Assembly: GCF_009834535.1 (NCBI RefSeq)
Contig: NC_045707.1
Coordinates: forward strand, 57,848,001 to 57,912,000
DNA: 64,000 nt
Direction: 5' to 3'
DNA from: Camelus ferus
Lineage: Eukaryota
Part shown: one piece after another, positions 25,780 to 39,340 of the stretch
Layout of the letters: every line of letters begins with the position of its first letter
How positions within the stretch are numbered: the first letter of the stretch is position 1
Notes under the pieces: model-generated
Told to the model about the DNA's origin: nothing
Databases searched by the model: none
Seen by the model: only the letters and a program-made list of their open reading frames with translations
Translations under genes and position numbers: made by a program

Positions 25780-26520
25780 TTCTTTTAGGATAAAATCCCA
25801 AACTCTACTGTGGCCTGGAAGACCTTTCTGATCTGGTCCCTGCACTCCCCCAACCCTTATCTCCTCCACCCGCACCGCCCCCGACCCCTCCTACATCTTC
25901 TCCTCCTACTCTTCCTCAACCTACTCCAGTCATATTGGCTTTCTACTGTTATTCCCTCAAGCTCATTTCCATCTTGCTTGTGCTTTTGTTCTTGCATCTC
26001 CTCCTTCAAAATTACTCTTCCCTCCCACTTACCCTCTGCTCTCTTCCTTATTCTATTTAGGTGACTATTTAAATATGAGCTCCTTAGAGAAGTCTTCTCT
26101 GTCACCAGACACACACTGTTCTATCACTCTTGTTCTGATGTCCTTGTTTATTTTATTTTATTTTATTTTTTTTGGTGGTGGGGGCAGGTAATTAGGTTTA
26201 TTCATTTTGGAGGAGGCCCTGGGGATTGAACCCAGGACCTCTTATATGCTAAGCATGCGCTCTACCACTTGAGCTATACCCTTTCCCCTGTTCTATCACT
26301 CTTAATCTCCTTCTTCCACTTTTTTTATGTCATCTTTTTTTGTCATTGCTCACAAAAATTATATTTTAATCTGTCTCTTTATTTATTGTTTTATTTTGCC
26401 TCCCACTACATGAAGGGAGAGGGGCTTGTCTGAGCGGTCCTATTGCTGGATCCCTAGTTTAGTATCTGGTATAGAGTAGGTGCTCAAAATATATTTGCTA
26501 AATAAGTGAATGAATAAATA
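25780..26520 (+). mobile_element. L2 3' region interrupted by a SINE
   Basis: taaaatcccaaactc...ggcctggaagacct; ends with gagtaggtgctcaaaatatatttgctaaataagtgaatgaat (L2 3' terminus). Confidence 0.7.
26132..26287 (-). mobile_element. tRNA-Ala-derived SINE (camelid Vic-1-like), antisense to + strand
   Basis: reverse complement ggggaaagggtatagctcaagtggtagagcgcatgcttagcat...gggttcaatcccc...aaacctaattacctgccccc; perfect TSD ctgttctatcactctt 26116-26131 / 26288-26303. Confidence 0.92.
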
Positions 26521-29500
26521 AAAGAGAGTTTGTCATTTTTATTAAATAGATTGTTAGAATCCTAGAACTTTCCAATTTGTCTGGTCCACTTCATTATCTC
26601 TGATATTGTTGGAAATGCTGCACACTGAACCAAGCATGGGCCTTGTCTAATATGCATAGTCACATTTCATTTCAAAGCATCATCATTTTTAAAGGTCTGC
26701 AGAACCAAAAGTATTTCCTAAAGGCCCATATATTTCCATGTTCATGAACAAATTTTAATGTAACTAAACAACCTGGGCAATCCCTTAAAGTTCACTTTAA
26801 TTCCAGCTTTTAACTGCATATTTAGCTTTTTTCACTACATTGCATTAATAAAAGAGTCACAAATGTTGGTTATTATGAGACTTTAAATCCATATCAATTG
26901 GTGGTCTGGGAGCCTACAAAACTAAAATTAAAATGTTTCATGTAAAATATGCTGCAAATAGAATAACTTATTGTCCATACTGGGACACTTGTGAGAGTGA
27001 AAGAGAGACACTATTAATTATTATACTGGGAAAAACAAGAGTAAATCAGGGCTTCTATGCTGATGTGTAGTTAGGTATAGATATGAATTATGAAACCAGA
27101 AGCTCAACTAGACAACAAATTAAAATCTTTCTAAAACCACAGTAGTTCTGAAAAGGCTCATTTCTTTGTGAAGTCATCCTTGAAGAATGCACAGGAATGC
27201 AGAGAGAAATACAGTTTTAATCACTGTTAAGAAACTATGCATTCAATCAAACTACCTCTCTGCCTCTCAAGATTTATCTAATCAGCAAAGTACAGGCTGA
27301 GTTTCAAGAAAATACTAGGCTTCTCAAAGCTCAAGGTAATGCAGCTCACCAGGAGACATTTTCTTGCATTATTACGGCCTGGGAGAAAATCACAGGGCAG
27401 GTTCTAGTCACATCCTTATAAATTATTTTAAGTTAGTTTTTTAATTATTATTATTGTTGTTGTTGTTGTTGTTGTTATTACTCTGCTTTACATTGTGCAC
27501 TAAATAAAATTGTGAAAAAGCTGAAATTCTCTTTAGGCTCCTCCCATATACTTTCCAGGGACTTTCTTACCTTCTGCCAGTTCAGTCATAACTCAGCCCG
27601 CTTGTCTCCTGCCAGCCTTTTCCCACTAATAATCTGCTAACACTTCTTTACCTGCTGCCCATTTATCTCCCTGTGGGCAACAATTTTATGTTCCAGGTTA
27701 TCAAAGTCTGTCTGACTCCTAAATCCTAATCTGAGTCTCTCTGCCTCTAATAAAAGCACATGCTATTTTCTCTCCCGACTTCTATACCATGTTGCCCAGA
27801 TGTCCTCGGGGAAGTTGCCCGCAGCGGTCTTCTCTCACTCTAACATTGAGAAATGGATTAAGGGTTATTTTTTTCATAAAGCTTTGATACAGAAGAAGAA
27901 GAAATCAATAATTGGTTCTGCCCGAGTCCAAAACACTACTTCCTAACATAGTCTCAAGATTCTAAGTTTGTGGACTCTCTCATTCTAAAAACCCAGTTGG
28001 CATTCTCTGTGATTGATAAATTAAAACTTGTAATAACATTCCCTCAGTTGAGGACAAGTTCATTTTATTTCAGTTTGAATCCGACAGCTCTTAATATGAG
28101 AACTATTGTTAAAACACTTGCATAATTTCAAAAGCATTTTTATGGATCACAAAAGACATAGGAGAGCTTGAAGATATTTTAAAAATTGTTTTTTTGTGTG
28201 TGAGGAGTTCGTATTCAACTACATAATCTGTACACCGAAAAATAGCAGGGATGCATTTTAAATAAAGTTTTGTTGATAATTTTTAAAAAAACCAATTGGA
28301 TGCAAAACACCATTTCATGATGATCTTAATACTGTACATTTGCACTGTGCTCACAGACTTTTGAACATTTTCACTTGCATGTTCTCATTATATCCTCATT
28401 AGCTGGGAAATTCTCAGGGTCATTACTATTATCTCCACTTTGCATATAAGAAACTGACTCCTTAAAGCCCTGCTCTTTAGCTGCTAGTAAACTAATCCTG
28501 ATGAAGCACTATCCATCCTGGGGATATGTTTGCATTTTAACAAGAGCCTCTTGAAGCAATGTCTTTAATCAAACATTTTCATGTTAGCACCATTACAGGC
28601 TTATTGAGAACACTTGGAAATTATTATAAATTAGCTAAAATGTTTTCACTGTTAACTCTGTGCCAAGCCAGGCACCGTATTAAGTATCTTGCATGTTATC
28701 TCCTTTAATCGTTGCAACTCTGTGGAGTATATACTATTTGTATATTATTAAACTTAGAAAGTTTGGTAAGTGACAAAGCAGAATTTGAATCCCACAGTCT
28801 GACTCCAGAACCCACACCCTAAGCAGAACTTTCATTCCCTTAAAACATATGGGTGACTCTTCTCTATTAATTTTATAATATAAAACAAAAAAGTATTATA
28901 TAGCACTTTACAGATTAAAAGTCAAATTCTCTCATATTTATCTAGCAAAGGATTGGGAGCCAGATGGATCTGTAACCTGATGGCACCATTTATAAGCTGT
29001 GTTACATTGGTCACAATACCTTGTGTCTTCATTGCAATATTAAGAAAATACCACTCACCTTACAGGATGTTGGAAGAGCTGGGAATATTATAGGTATGTG
29101 CTCATATCAACTTTTATTGTAAATAGTATCAAGGTATGTTATTATTGTTATTAGTGATGCTGTGATTTCAGAATTATTTGATCCCTGTTTTTCAGCTGAA
29201 GAAACGGAGCTAATTAAATGAGATGCCTCAAATTATAAAATTTATGAGTTGGAACAAGATTCAAAATGAGGTCTTCTGGTACTAAGAACAGTATTCTTTC
29301 TTACTGCACCTTTATATGTGGACCTAAATCATGATTGTGCTCTGTAATTCTCTTATTCTGTTGCCACTGCACACCTGTATTGAAACAGAACCCATTTTTA
29401 ATAGCTCACTGAGATTAGTTTCATGACTTAGAATGAATGGATGAATGAATAATACATACATCATTATACACGAATAAAATCTTTCTAAGTTATTATTCAA

Positions 29501-29955
29501 CCTTAAAAATTCTGCTCACATCTTATTATATTTAAAAAACTATTATTTGGCAGTCATTTAATTTATTCCTATCAAGACTGGATGCCAAATATCTTTTGCC
29601 CAAAAGTAGACAGATTTGCCCCAAGTGGCTCTGAATCACTGAAATATAAGCCCCAAGAAAGGAGTTTTTGTCTTGCTTACTGATGTATCCCAAGTTTCTA
29701 CAACAGTGCCAGGTACAAAGTAAGTGCTCAATTAACATTTGTTACATGAATAAGACCTGGCCTGCATTAATTTAACAAATGTAAACTAGTTGACAGACTT
29801 CAAGAATGATACAAAACATTTTCCTATTCAATGATAGTTACCATTTTTACCCAGCCTGGACAAGCTGTGCCCTTCTAGGTACGAATAGCGTGAACAGTGA
29901 AGGACGAAGACCTCAGACGTACCTCCCACTTCTTCAGCTCCACCTACGTACGTAC

Positions 29956-30161
29956 CTTGCTGAATGATGAAATCATCTGATTGAATGCTGTTGTAGTTTG
30001 CACACAGGCCACACGATTTCCCTTTATGCTCCTCAGACAGCTTGAGGTAAATTCCAGATACTCCATCCCAAGCCAATGAAAAACCAAAGGTTGTTTTCAC
30101 CAGAATATAGTCAGCTAGTTTCTCAATGAAAACCTGTCCAATTGTCTGAGGCAATGTTAAA
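29956..30161 (-). CDS. OTOGL: OTOGL coding exon 8 (VWD1): LTLPQTIGQVFIEKLADYILVKTTFGFSLAWDGVSGIYLKLSEEHKGKSCGLCANYNSIQSDDFIIQQ
   Basis: tttttcaag|T...CAAG|gtacgt; 206 nt, phase 2-1; CGLC motif. Confidence 0.97.
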
Positions 30162-32932
30162 CTTGAAAAATAGAACAAAGGCAGTCTCAGAATTATGATG
30201 AAGGCTCAATTATAGATGATCTATCTCTTTCTTAAAGTAACTGAGACTTAAATAAAAGGTAGTTATTATTCAAAATTACTGAATAAGCTATACAATTAGA
30301 TGTTCCAAGCAACCATTCAAAGGAAATCTTAACATTTTTGAGATTTTAATATTGAAAGAAGACAACAAAAATGATACCTGTTGCCTCACAGTGATTAAGA
30401 TTTTTATACTTATAATTGGATGCTTCTTTCAAACACCCCCAAAATACACTTCTGCTAAGTATCAGTGATTTTTAAAATCTGGACAATACGAATCTATTTA
30501 GAATAATGAGAGCTAAATATGTTGATATTTTTATCTAGAGAGTTCAAGAGAATCTAAAAATGCTCTTCAACAATTTTGAAGTAAGAACAAACAATGGTCA
30601 AAATATGTAAACATATTGCTTGAGTGCTGACTTTGTTTAATTTTGTTTTAAACTTTGCTGTAAGGAAATAAGAGCTTCTATCCCCAAAATGTCACCCTGG
30701 TAAAAGTCATTATTTTCCAAGTAAAATATGTCTGGGCATGATTATAATTTACATTTTTAATACTGCAAAGTACATTATTAGAAATATAAAATAATTTTTC
30801 ATACAGTATTGCATAAGGATTATATTCATAATTTTAAAATTGCATATAATTTGGCCTATTTAAGCAAAGGTAACATTGAGTATTTAAACTTCTCATCTAA
30901 TATCTAGCCTTTCCACTTTTTCCAAGCATGTACACATACAAAGGAAGTGGGAGACACACGAGAACTAAAGAAAACTAAACAATTGGACATCTTAAAAGCA
31001 CAGTAAGTTGCCTAGAATGCTTCTGAAAAAAACACTGTTCTTCCCATCTAAAAGTATTACAGAAAAGAGCAGGTGCTGATAATTAAAGAAATGAAAGGAA
31101 AAAAGTCACTTTTACTAAAATCACCACACTAACTGAAAATTATAAACTATAATGTAAGTGAGGTGAGAAATTAGTAGGAACATTCATCAGTTCTCTCAAA
31201 AACTTCAAATTAGTGAGTTCCTCTCCAGGAAGAACATGGCTATATGAAACAAAGACTATAAAACTAAAGATACTCTTTAACAAAGAGGTAGTCCTTAAAG
31301 AAATAATTCAAAATATCTGTGATCATTTGCACAAATATGTTTGCAGATAATTTTTATAGAGATTCAGTTTTAAGAATAAAAAAAAATTATAATTTACATT
31401 GGAGAATAAATAGGAAGTCTTTACTGCCATAACCTAGTCTTATTAAAAATTACAAACAAAAGGAATTCATTTTAAATTCATAGAAGTAAGCATGAATAAT
31501 GTTGTTTAATTGCAAGTTTATAAAAGCTATATTTGAAAAAAGTGAATCATGCTTTACAGAGACATTCCATAGCAATGGGATGTTCATCATGTGAAGGTAC
31601 AGTTGTTCTGCTGTGTGTTCTTTGGTTTGGTCATTTATCATGTGACCTCTTTCACAGTAAATTTGATTAAATACACAATTTTTAAAAACAGAAGGTGCAT
31701 AACTGTGATATCTACATACAGTTGGCTACATCTAGATGTCTATAACATAAAAAGGTGCTAGTAATGATGGAAGATATAGTAAAAATTAATCTCTCATAAA
31801 TTTATGGAGAAAATGGCAGGAAACAATAACACAAATGAAAATGAATGCACAGATTAATACTGAAAATTATTGATGGGTTCATATGTACCAAAACCCTTCA
31901 TTTCACAGGGGAGAGAACTGAAGTCCAGAGAGGTAAGGTGTAATGTGCAGAGCCTCACACACTTGATTTCATTTTGGTAAACATTTCTCTAGCACCTGCT
32001 ATGAGTGAGGCCCCAGGCCTGGTACAGCATTATTATAAGCAACTTAGCTGAATAGTAAGAAAGCTATCCTCTTTCTATCATACAAATGGACATCTTCAAA
32101 GAAATATTTTCTCTGAGTTAAAATTTAAATATTATGTCATAGATTTAACAAAGGGTTGGTGTTCTTGAAAATCTACTTGAATGGTATTTTTGTTATATAA
32201 AACATACTAATTTTTAAAGTGCCCATTGTGTTACCCAAAATCCCATATAAGAAATCCTAGAGTACTATTTAAATTAAGCTCCAAGAAATAATATATAAAT
32301 GTATTATCTTCCAATTCAAATGGCTAAGCTTTCTTTTATAAGAAAAAGGAAAATACAGAATTCAGTTGATCAAGAAAAGAAGCCTGAGAGAAGCAGAGGG
32401 GTTGCCTGGCTGGGATAAAGCCGGGCTCAGTGCCTGGCTCCCCTGGTGCTCCATCCAAAGCCCTTTCTGCTCTCACCTGCTGCCTCTTGAGGAGTCTGAC
32501 AAAAAGGCACATAGGTTGGTACAGTCATTGCACTGTAAAGAATCCCCATGATTCAAGCACTTGCTGGTAAATTCTGAATGATGGATAGAATTGTTACACC
32601 ACACATTTTATTTTCCCTGACATAATTCAGTCAAGAAATACTCAAAATTGAGCATATCTATACTCCCTTGGATTGGAAGGTAGATTATTCCATAGTACTC
32701 CTAATTTAAAATGTACAAACCTTTCCAACAAATAAACACCCCCTTCCCCCTAAGTTCTGGGCCTAGTAGTGGGCCCCTCTCTTACCCATTCAAGAAGACC
32801 AGTTATTTACTGGCTCTGACTCTTTGTCAGAACCAGTGAAACAGTGGGAAATCTTGAGTGACTCGCAAACCTGATTCACACAAATTTGGCAAGGGCTTTC
32901 AGAAGTTTTGTTTTATTTTATTTTTCTGTTTT

Positions 32933-33206
<274 letters not shown>

Positions 33207-33538
33207 TTTTTTAAAGAGGGCAAAAAATAATTGAAGAGTTGAACTATGAGAATTTCTCCCGAATCTCTCTTACAAGTAGATGTAATAATCTTGTCTCTAC
33301 CTATATAAACACATTTGTATCCTGTACAAACATTAGGAAAGTTAAACTGTTTGACTCCTGGCCTCCTGGCTGGCCCCAGAGCCTACTGAGATGTTGATGT
33401 CTGAACGCCATCACTGTAAGAAGACTGTTGGAGAAGAAATCTTCTCTTCCTACTCTCCTATTCACTTCCAGTGTGAGATGTTTGGAAATTCTGTTAATCC
33501 ATGATGTTATTTTCATTATATCATTTATCATATCTTAC

Positions 33539-33660
33539 CTGATCCCATTCTTTTTTATTTCATGCCCATAAATTCGAATTTCCTCTTGGTCTGAAAAGAA
33601 CAAGCTGATTGACCGATAACAATAATACACTGAACCAAGGCACTTAGGGCTGTTATGAAC
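33539..33660 (-). CDS. OTOGL: OTOGL coding exon 7 (VWD1): VHNSPKCLGSVYYCYRSISLFFSDQEEIRIYGHEIKKNGI(S)
   Basis: ctttaaag|GTT...AG|gtaaga; 122 nt, phase 0-2. Confidence 0.95.
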
Positions 33661-35753
33661 CTTTAAAGAAGAAAAAAGAGAAAGCATAGGAACCAACAAC
33701 AATATATATACATATATGCCTTCCTCTGAGTTACTAAATTCACAATATGTGTCTATAATTCGATAGCATCATTAGTCCCATGACACTTTACAAAATTATA
33801 ACTACATTTAGGAATTTCAAGAGAAAAAAAAATTACCTCAGAAATTGGACAATTTACCTCAGTAATTGCCTTTGGGGAGCCAGACTTCAGCTGAGGTCAA
33901 GGAGTGAGGGAAAGAAGGGGCAATTTTTGTGCTTTGTATGCCTTGATGAAATATTTTAAACTAAGTACATATACTATTTTCATAAAAATAAAATTGAATT
34001 CAAAGAAGAAAAAGAAAATAATCAGGAATATAAAAAAGGAAATAGGCATGAAGGTATTTATTAATGCACATCTTTTAAAATACTGAAAATATTTTAAAAT
34101 CTAAATTTTAAAGCAGGGTATAATTAAATAAATGCAGTATTCCATAGTTGGAACAAATACAGCTAACACAATTTGTGTTTGTCAAGAATATCTAACATGG
34201 AAGAAAATTCTTGAAATAGTATTAGGTAAAAATATAGGACAGAAAATTATATGCAGTATAATTTCAATTTTATAAATGTGTATAAAATCCAGAGGAAAAA
34301 GTCTAGAAGGAAAGTTATGAAGCCATTAGGACTGGTAAATTTTTTTTTTAATTATTATTATTTTTTTTTTTTTTTAGGACTGGTAAATCTTGACTGATAA
34401 ATCTAATGTTATTTTTTGGACTTCTCTGAATTTTTCAGATTTTCTACAAAAGTGAACAACTTTTATAATCAGGGGAAATATGGCCTTTAAGGTAAATGGA
34501 TTTGCTTTTGTGAAAGCAAATTCTACCAACCAAGACAGGGCGAAGTAGAAACGATATCTATTAACTCTGGAAGCACAGTTCAGCATTGTGTGTTCTTATC
34601 ACACAATTATCTCGTTGACACCTTAGTCCTGGAAAGGGTGAGACACTAGACAAGAACATTTCAATGAGAGAGTCAGAAAGTGTCTGACTGATAAACCCAG
34701 CAACTCCTACCCAGAGTGGAGGAGTAAAGGACAACAGAGGACTGAGAGCAAGAGCTCTCTAAGACCCGAAGATGTATTCCACTATCTCCCCGATTCTTAT
34801 TCTTATTCCCCATAAGTTAACTTTCAATAGACTTTATTTCCTTTCTGGGTCTCAAGGATTTGTTGCTCTTAAAAAGCTTCAGGGCCTACGTTTCAGTATT
34901 TGCCTCATCTAAAAGAGCAGGAGAATTGAGGCAACTCCAACATAAGTCAGAAGGAATTCAACAACAGAGATTCAAGCAAATGATAAATACGCAGGGTCTA
35001 AGCTTTAGAACAGGACAGTACTGCAGTTTTCTTCTTGTGCTTTGAGATACCTGGAAATTCAGTGGAAGACAGTCCGGAAAAGAGTTCCCTGCCTTCCTTA
35101 CTTCAACCAGAGCCACTCTGCAGCTCACATTTTGAGATGTCTCCTACAAGTTCTTTTGAAGCAAGAATTCTGCAACTAAGCACCAACTCTCTGAGTTCAA
35201 TCATATTGTATCAATCTACCTAACAACTAGCTGTCTGTCTCCATATCCTCCAGCCTGTGTCTATGTAATTCATATACCCCATTTCATAAACGCCAGCCTC
35301 CAGTTCCTACTTAGGAGTGTTGTTTTAACAAATTAATCCAGGTGGGCATCACACTGAAAGTGTCAAGAAGAAAACAAACTTGAGTAACATGACTGGTGCC
35401 TGAACCCACCCCCTTTTCAAAATGATCAAATAGAACCTGAACAATGGGTGTATCAACTGGAGTTAATACTATGACATCCATCATATAGACATTTCTGCAT
35501 TGCCTGCAAGTCCTTCCCACATGGATTCAAACCCTTCTTCTTCAGTCCTAGGCCCCATCTCCATAGAACTAGACTCAGTATAGCTAAAGATTTAGTCCAT
35601 CCCATTCAGAACCAGCCCCTCTCCTGTCCCAGTCAGGGCCCTAAATATTCATGCTGTGATTAATATATAGTTTCCATCATTTTCCCAGTACTTGAAAAAT
35701 ACAGACTTGCTCAGAAATTATTTTTTAGTGAGTTATGTCCTAGGATCACCTAC

Positions 35754-35908
35754 CCATACAGTGTACCGAGGCTCCAAGTTACCACAGTCCTTTGCGAAAA
35801 TGTAAGAACAGTTTCCTGGGAAATAGTAGTAGATGCCATCAAAAGTTTCAAAGTGGTACTGTCCCCAGGTTTTGCAAATCCCATCTCTGCCATTGCCCAT
35901 ATTTGGCA
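35754..35908 (-). CDS. OTOGL: OTOGL coding exon 6 (VWD1 start): [52 protein letters not shown]
   Basis: tttttcag|TG...TGG|gtaggt; 155 nt, phase 1-0; VWD signature C-x-TWG-x-x-HFETFDG. Confidence 0.97.
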
Positions 35909-36819
35909 CTGAAAAAAATAGGATAATATTTAGTAGAATAAAACAAATTATGCCCATTTCTGGCAAGGTTCAATCATGGTAGGTGATTCTAAATTTCATT
36001 AAAATAAATGTCTTCCTCTTTAGTGGTTAATATCACAGGAAAAAATATCTAACATAGAATTTATTAGCTGCTCTCAAAACTACCAAACTCTCCTCCCGCC
36101 CCCCAAAAAATTCTCTCCAAGTTGTTTTGAAGAAAGGATTTATGTTGGAAGCGTCCTTAATTCTGCTTCCAAAGAAAGACACTGGAAGAGAGGAAGAGAG
36201 GGGAGAATTATACAGTAAAAGGAGGGGATAGTGATAAAACAAATATAATAGCTCAGAAAGAAAGAAATGTCACCGCTAAGTGTCCTAAAAATTAACATTG
36301 GCGGCATTACAGTGTCCTAGTCTCCATAATTCTTTCAAAAATTACTTAACAGTGTCCATGGAGAAAATTAACCACTAACCAAAAAAATCATGTTTATATG
36401 TCTGGGACCTGGGGATGGGGAACATTAGTCACCCAAAGTATGCTGGAATTTAGGAATTCATGACCTCAAACTGGTCAAATTATAAGCAATGTTCATCTGA
36501 AGTCTCCAACTTCATCTCCTGTTGTCTTCGTGCCTCTCTCCCTTTGTGCTTTTGTGGATAGCCCTCTATACTATTTTGATTTTCTAGACCCTTCTTTCTA
36601 AAATAATATGGAAAACCGTGGCTTTTACTGAGCACTCAATATGTGGAACTGATATTAAGACATTAGAGCATGTTAATATACTCCCATAGGGAGTACAAAG
36701 ATAAGGCACAATCATAAAGATAAAGTATAAAATTATCTTTTCTTTTTATAATTTTTACCTAAATTTATTAACCTTGGCCAACTTTGGCCTTTTCAGGAAA
36801 AAACTTAGAGTGATTCATT

Positions 36820-37062
36820 ACTCAGGCAGTCTTCTCTGCCGGTCTGCCTTAGTTCTGTTGCATATTTTCATAAAATCTGTACTTCCCTTTATGACACATG
36901 TCACAGTGTAATTACTGTATATCTGTTGTGTGTTGGCCCCTCCTCTAGACTGTCATCCCCAAGAAGGCAGGAACATGTCTACATTATTCACTATTGTATC
37001 CCCAGTGCCCAGCCCTGGGATCCTGTGGATGCTTGATAAATACTCACTAAACAAATGAATAT
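36820..37062 (+). mobile_element. L2 3' end
   Basis: ctagactgt...gaaggcaggaacatgtct...ttcactattgtatccccagtgccc...gataaatactcactaaacaaatgaat. Confidence 0.7.
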
Positions 37063-37512
37063 TTTCTGGTCCTAATTGACATAGGGTCCTATTCTAGACA
37101 TGATGGATAAAGTATTTTTGAGAACCTTCTGCCTCTGAAGAGGTCTCAATACTATTTTCTCTTTTAGGTACAGAATATTCCATTAATTCAAAGTAAAAAA
37201 GAATAAGTGGCTCCAAATAACAAATCTAATTTATAAAGCAAAAGAGAGATGAATGAAAACCTGGTTTTAATGGGATGGTACTATCTGAAGTGGAAAAAAC
37301 ACCTGAGGAAATAGCAGAGATCAGTGAGAAGGGAAAGTAGGCATATCTATTTTCTTTTATATTATCTCTAAATTACTGGGATTGAATCGTGGACACTCTA
37401 GTTAATACACAATATATTATAACTCCCAGTGGATGAACACTAGTACAGCAAATTATACTTCATGTTCTCTGCAGCGTCTCATAATTCTCTCATAAGTATC
37501 CCTGAAACTTAC

Positions 37513-37611
37513 CAATCTGGCACCGGGTCCCAAGTGCCTGAAATATTTGACAGTCACATGTACCAGTCTTAGAACAGAAAGCTCCGTTAAGGCATTCATG
37601 AGGACAAGAGC
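37513..37611 (-). CDS. OTOGL: OTOGL coding exon 5 (EGF-like): GSCPHECLNGAFCSKTGTCDCQIFQALGTRCQI
   Basis: cttcag|GC...ATTG|gtaagt; 99 nt, phase 1-1; six-Cys EGF-like spacing. Confidence 0.95.
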
Positions 37612-39273
37612 CTGAAGGGCAAACAATAAATTATCTTCTGGTGTGCATCAGTTCTTATAAACATAATCCATCAAGATTTAGCTTGGACTAACTGTAACCT
37701 CCGTTAACTCCAACAGAACCCTGGGCCTGTTGCCTGGATGAGCTAAGGAATCAAGCCCCTCAAGTCTCTATCTAGTTCATTTCATTATGTGCTGTGAAAC
37801 AAGAAAGACAGGCTTTCACATCTCAAACTACCCTGAGAGCAAAGGTCAGCATCCTTCAAGCAATTGAAAGGTCAAGTTCCCATGTAAGGAATCCCTGTCC
37901 CAGATGATGAGAACCAGAAATACACAAGCTGCAGATGATTCCCTTGACGGAGTCTGGCACTGGCTGCACGTCTGATCGGCTACTTCTCCAGGAGCAAGTG
38001 TTGTATTCAAGAATAATGTCCGTCGTTAGTCGAGGGATCAGGCAAAATATAAAACTCAAAAAGAAATTCCCATTTTTTTTAAGAAAGTGATTAAACACTG
38101 CATTTGAAGTTTGTGTATTAATCCTCAGGCTTAGCTGCAAATAATACATTCCTTCTGACCCACAGCTAATTTTAACGGGAAAGAAGCCAAAGTTGCGGCT
38201 GGTCATCACCAAAAATACTCTTTCTTTCACGGAAAGAAAAATAGTCACAAAGGATTATGTTGAAAAAAGGAAGAAAGAAACCATGAGCTCCTGAGTGAGT
38301 TTTAAAAATGCAAATGAATCACAGGGAAAATTTTTCCTCTAATAAGGAGAGAACAAGAGACAACTGGCAAAACTCAAGCAGGAAGGATTTAACTAACACA
38401 GCAAGAGAACAAGACAACGCCTTTGAGTGACCATGAAGTATTACTAAAGACTGGCCCTCTCTGGAATATGGTAAGGTCATGAAAGCACTTATCTAATTAC
38501 AGTATTTTAACCACATTTCTGTGAGAAAGGCAAGAATTAAAAAACTCTATTATCCTTTCACCTTAAGAATCATTGATCTAAAATGTCTCTGCATCTAAAT
38601 TAGATACGCAACTCTCTAAGCATGTCTTAACTGAGGAGAAATGAGCTGTTTCAACTTTGATCATAAGTATAGATTAAAAATGATGTTTTTCATAAACTTA
38701 AATGCAGTTTTTTTCCCCCTAAGGGGCATATCGCTCTTCAAATTCTATCTCAGAACACAATCTTGTATTTTCCTATGAATAAATGTCGAAGTAATTACAT
38801 AAGCAAGTGTATCTCCTTCAAAAATTTATTTACTGCTCTGTTCATTCTCCGGAAAAGAAATATCAAGCCAAAACTAGTTAGGAATCCTTGCTATTTTAAA
38901 TGCAAAGAAAAATTAAAATTGAATTTCAACTAATTAACATTCTGCTTAATGGAAATGGGAAAGTGGTTAAGCAAAAACAGCAAGGTCAAAGAACTGAGGG
39001 GCAAGTAATTGATTCAGAAAAAAAGGTTCTGATACCCGGTGATATCTTTCTTGGCAGTATAGTTATCAGCTTGGTCTAACTGTTATCCCCACTTATTTCC
39101 AAATATAATTCACATTTCTATATGAAGTAAACTTAAACTCCTACTTAGTATTATTACCGCCCTGGCTCAGTTTCCTTCATGCATTATGTGAAAGTCATAG
39201 AGAGTTGATTCAATATATCCCCCAAAGGGGTCTTTTGAGAAAGCAAGTGCAAAAACACAGACGCAGCACTGAC

Positions 39274-39340
39274 CTTTTATTTTGCTCTCACCCCAATTAA
39301 TAGCTTCATGGAAGAAATATCTTGGAGAAGTTGCTTCAAA
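39274..39340 (-). CDS. OTOGL: OTOGL coding exon 4: FEATSPRYFFHEAINWGESKIK
   Basis: ttttaaag|TTT...AAAG|gtcagt; 67 nt, phase 0-1. Confidence 0.92.

Noticed and set aside
36679..36695. Hairpin TACTCCC-ata-GGGAGTA
   Set aside because: A 7-bp stem is expected by chance in 64 kb
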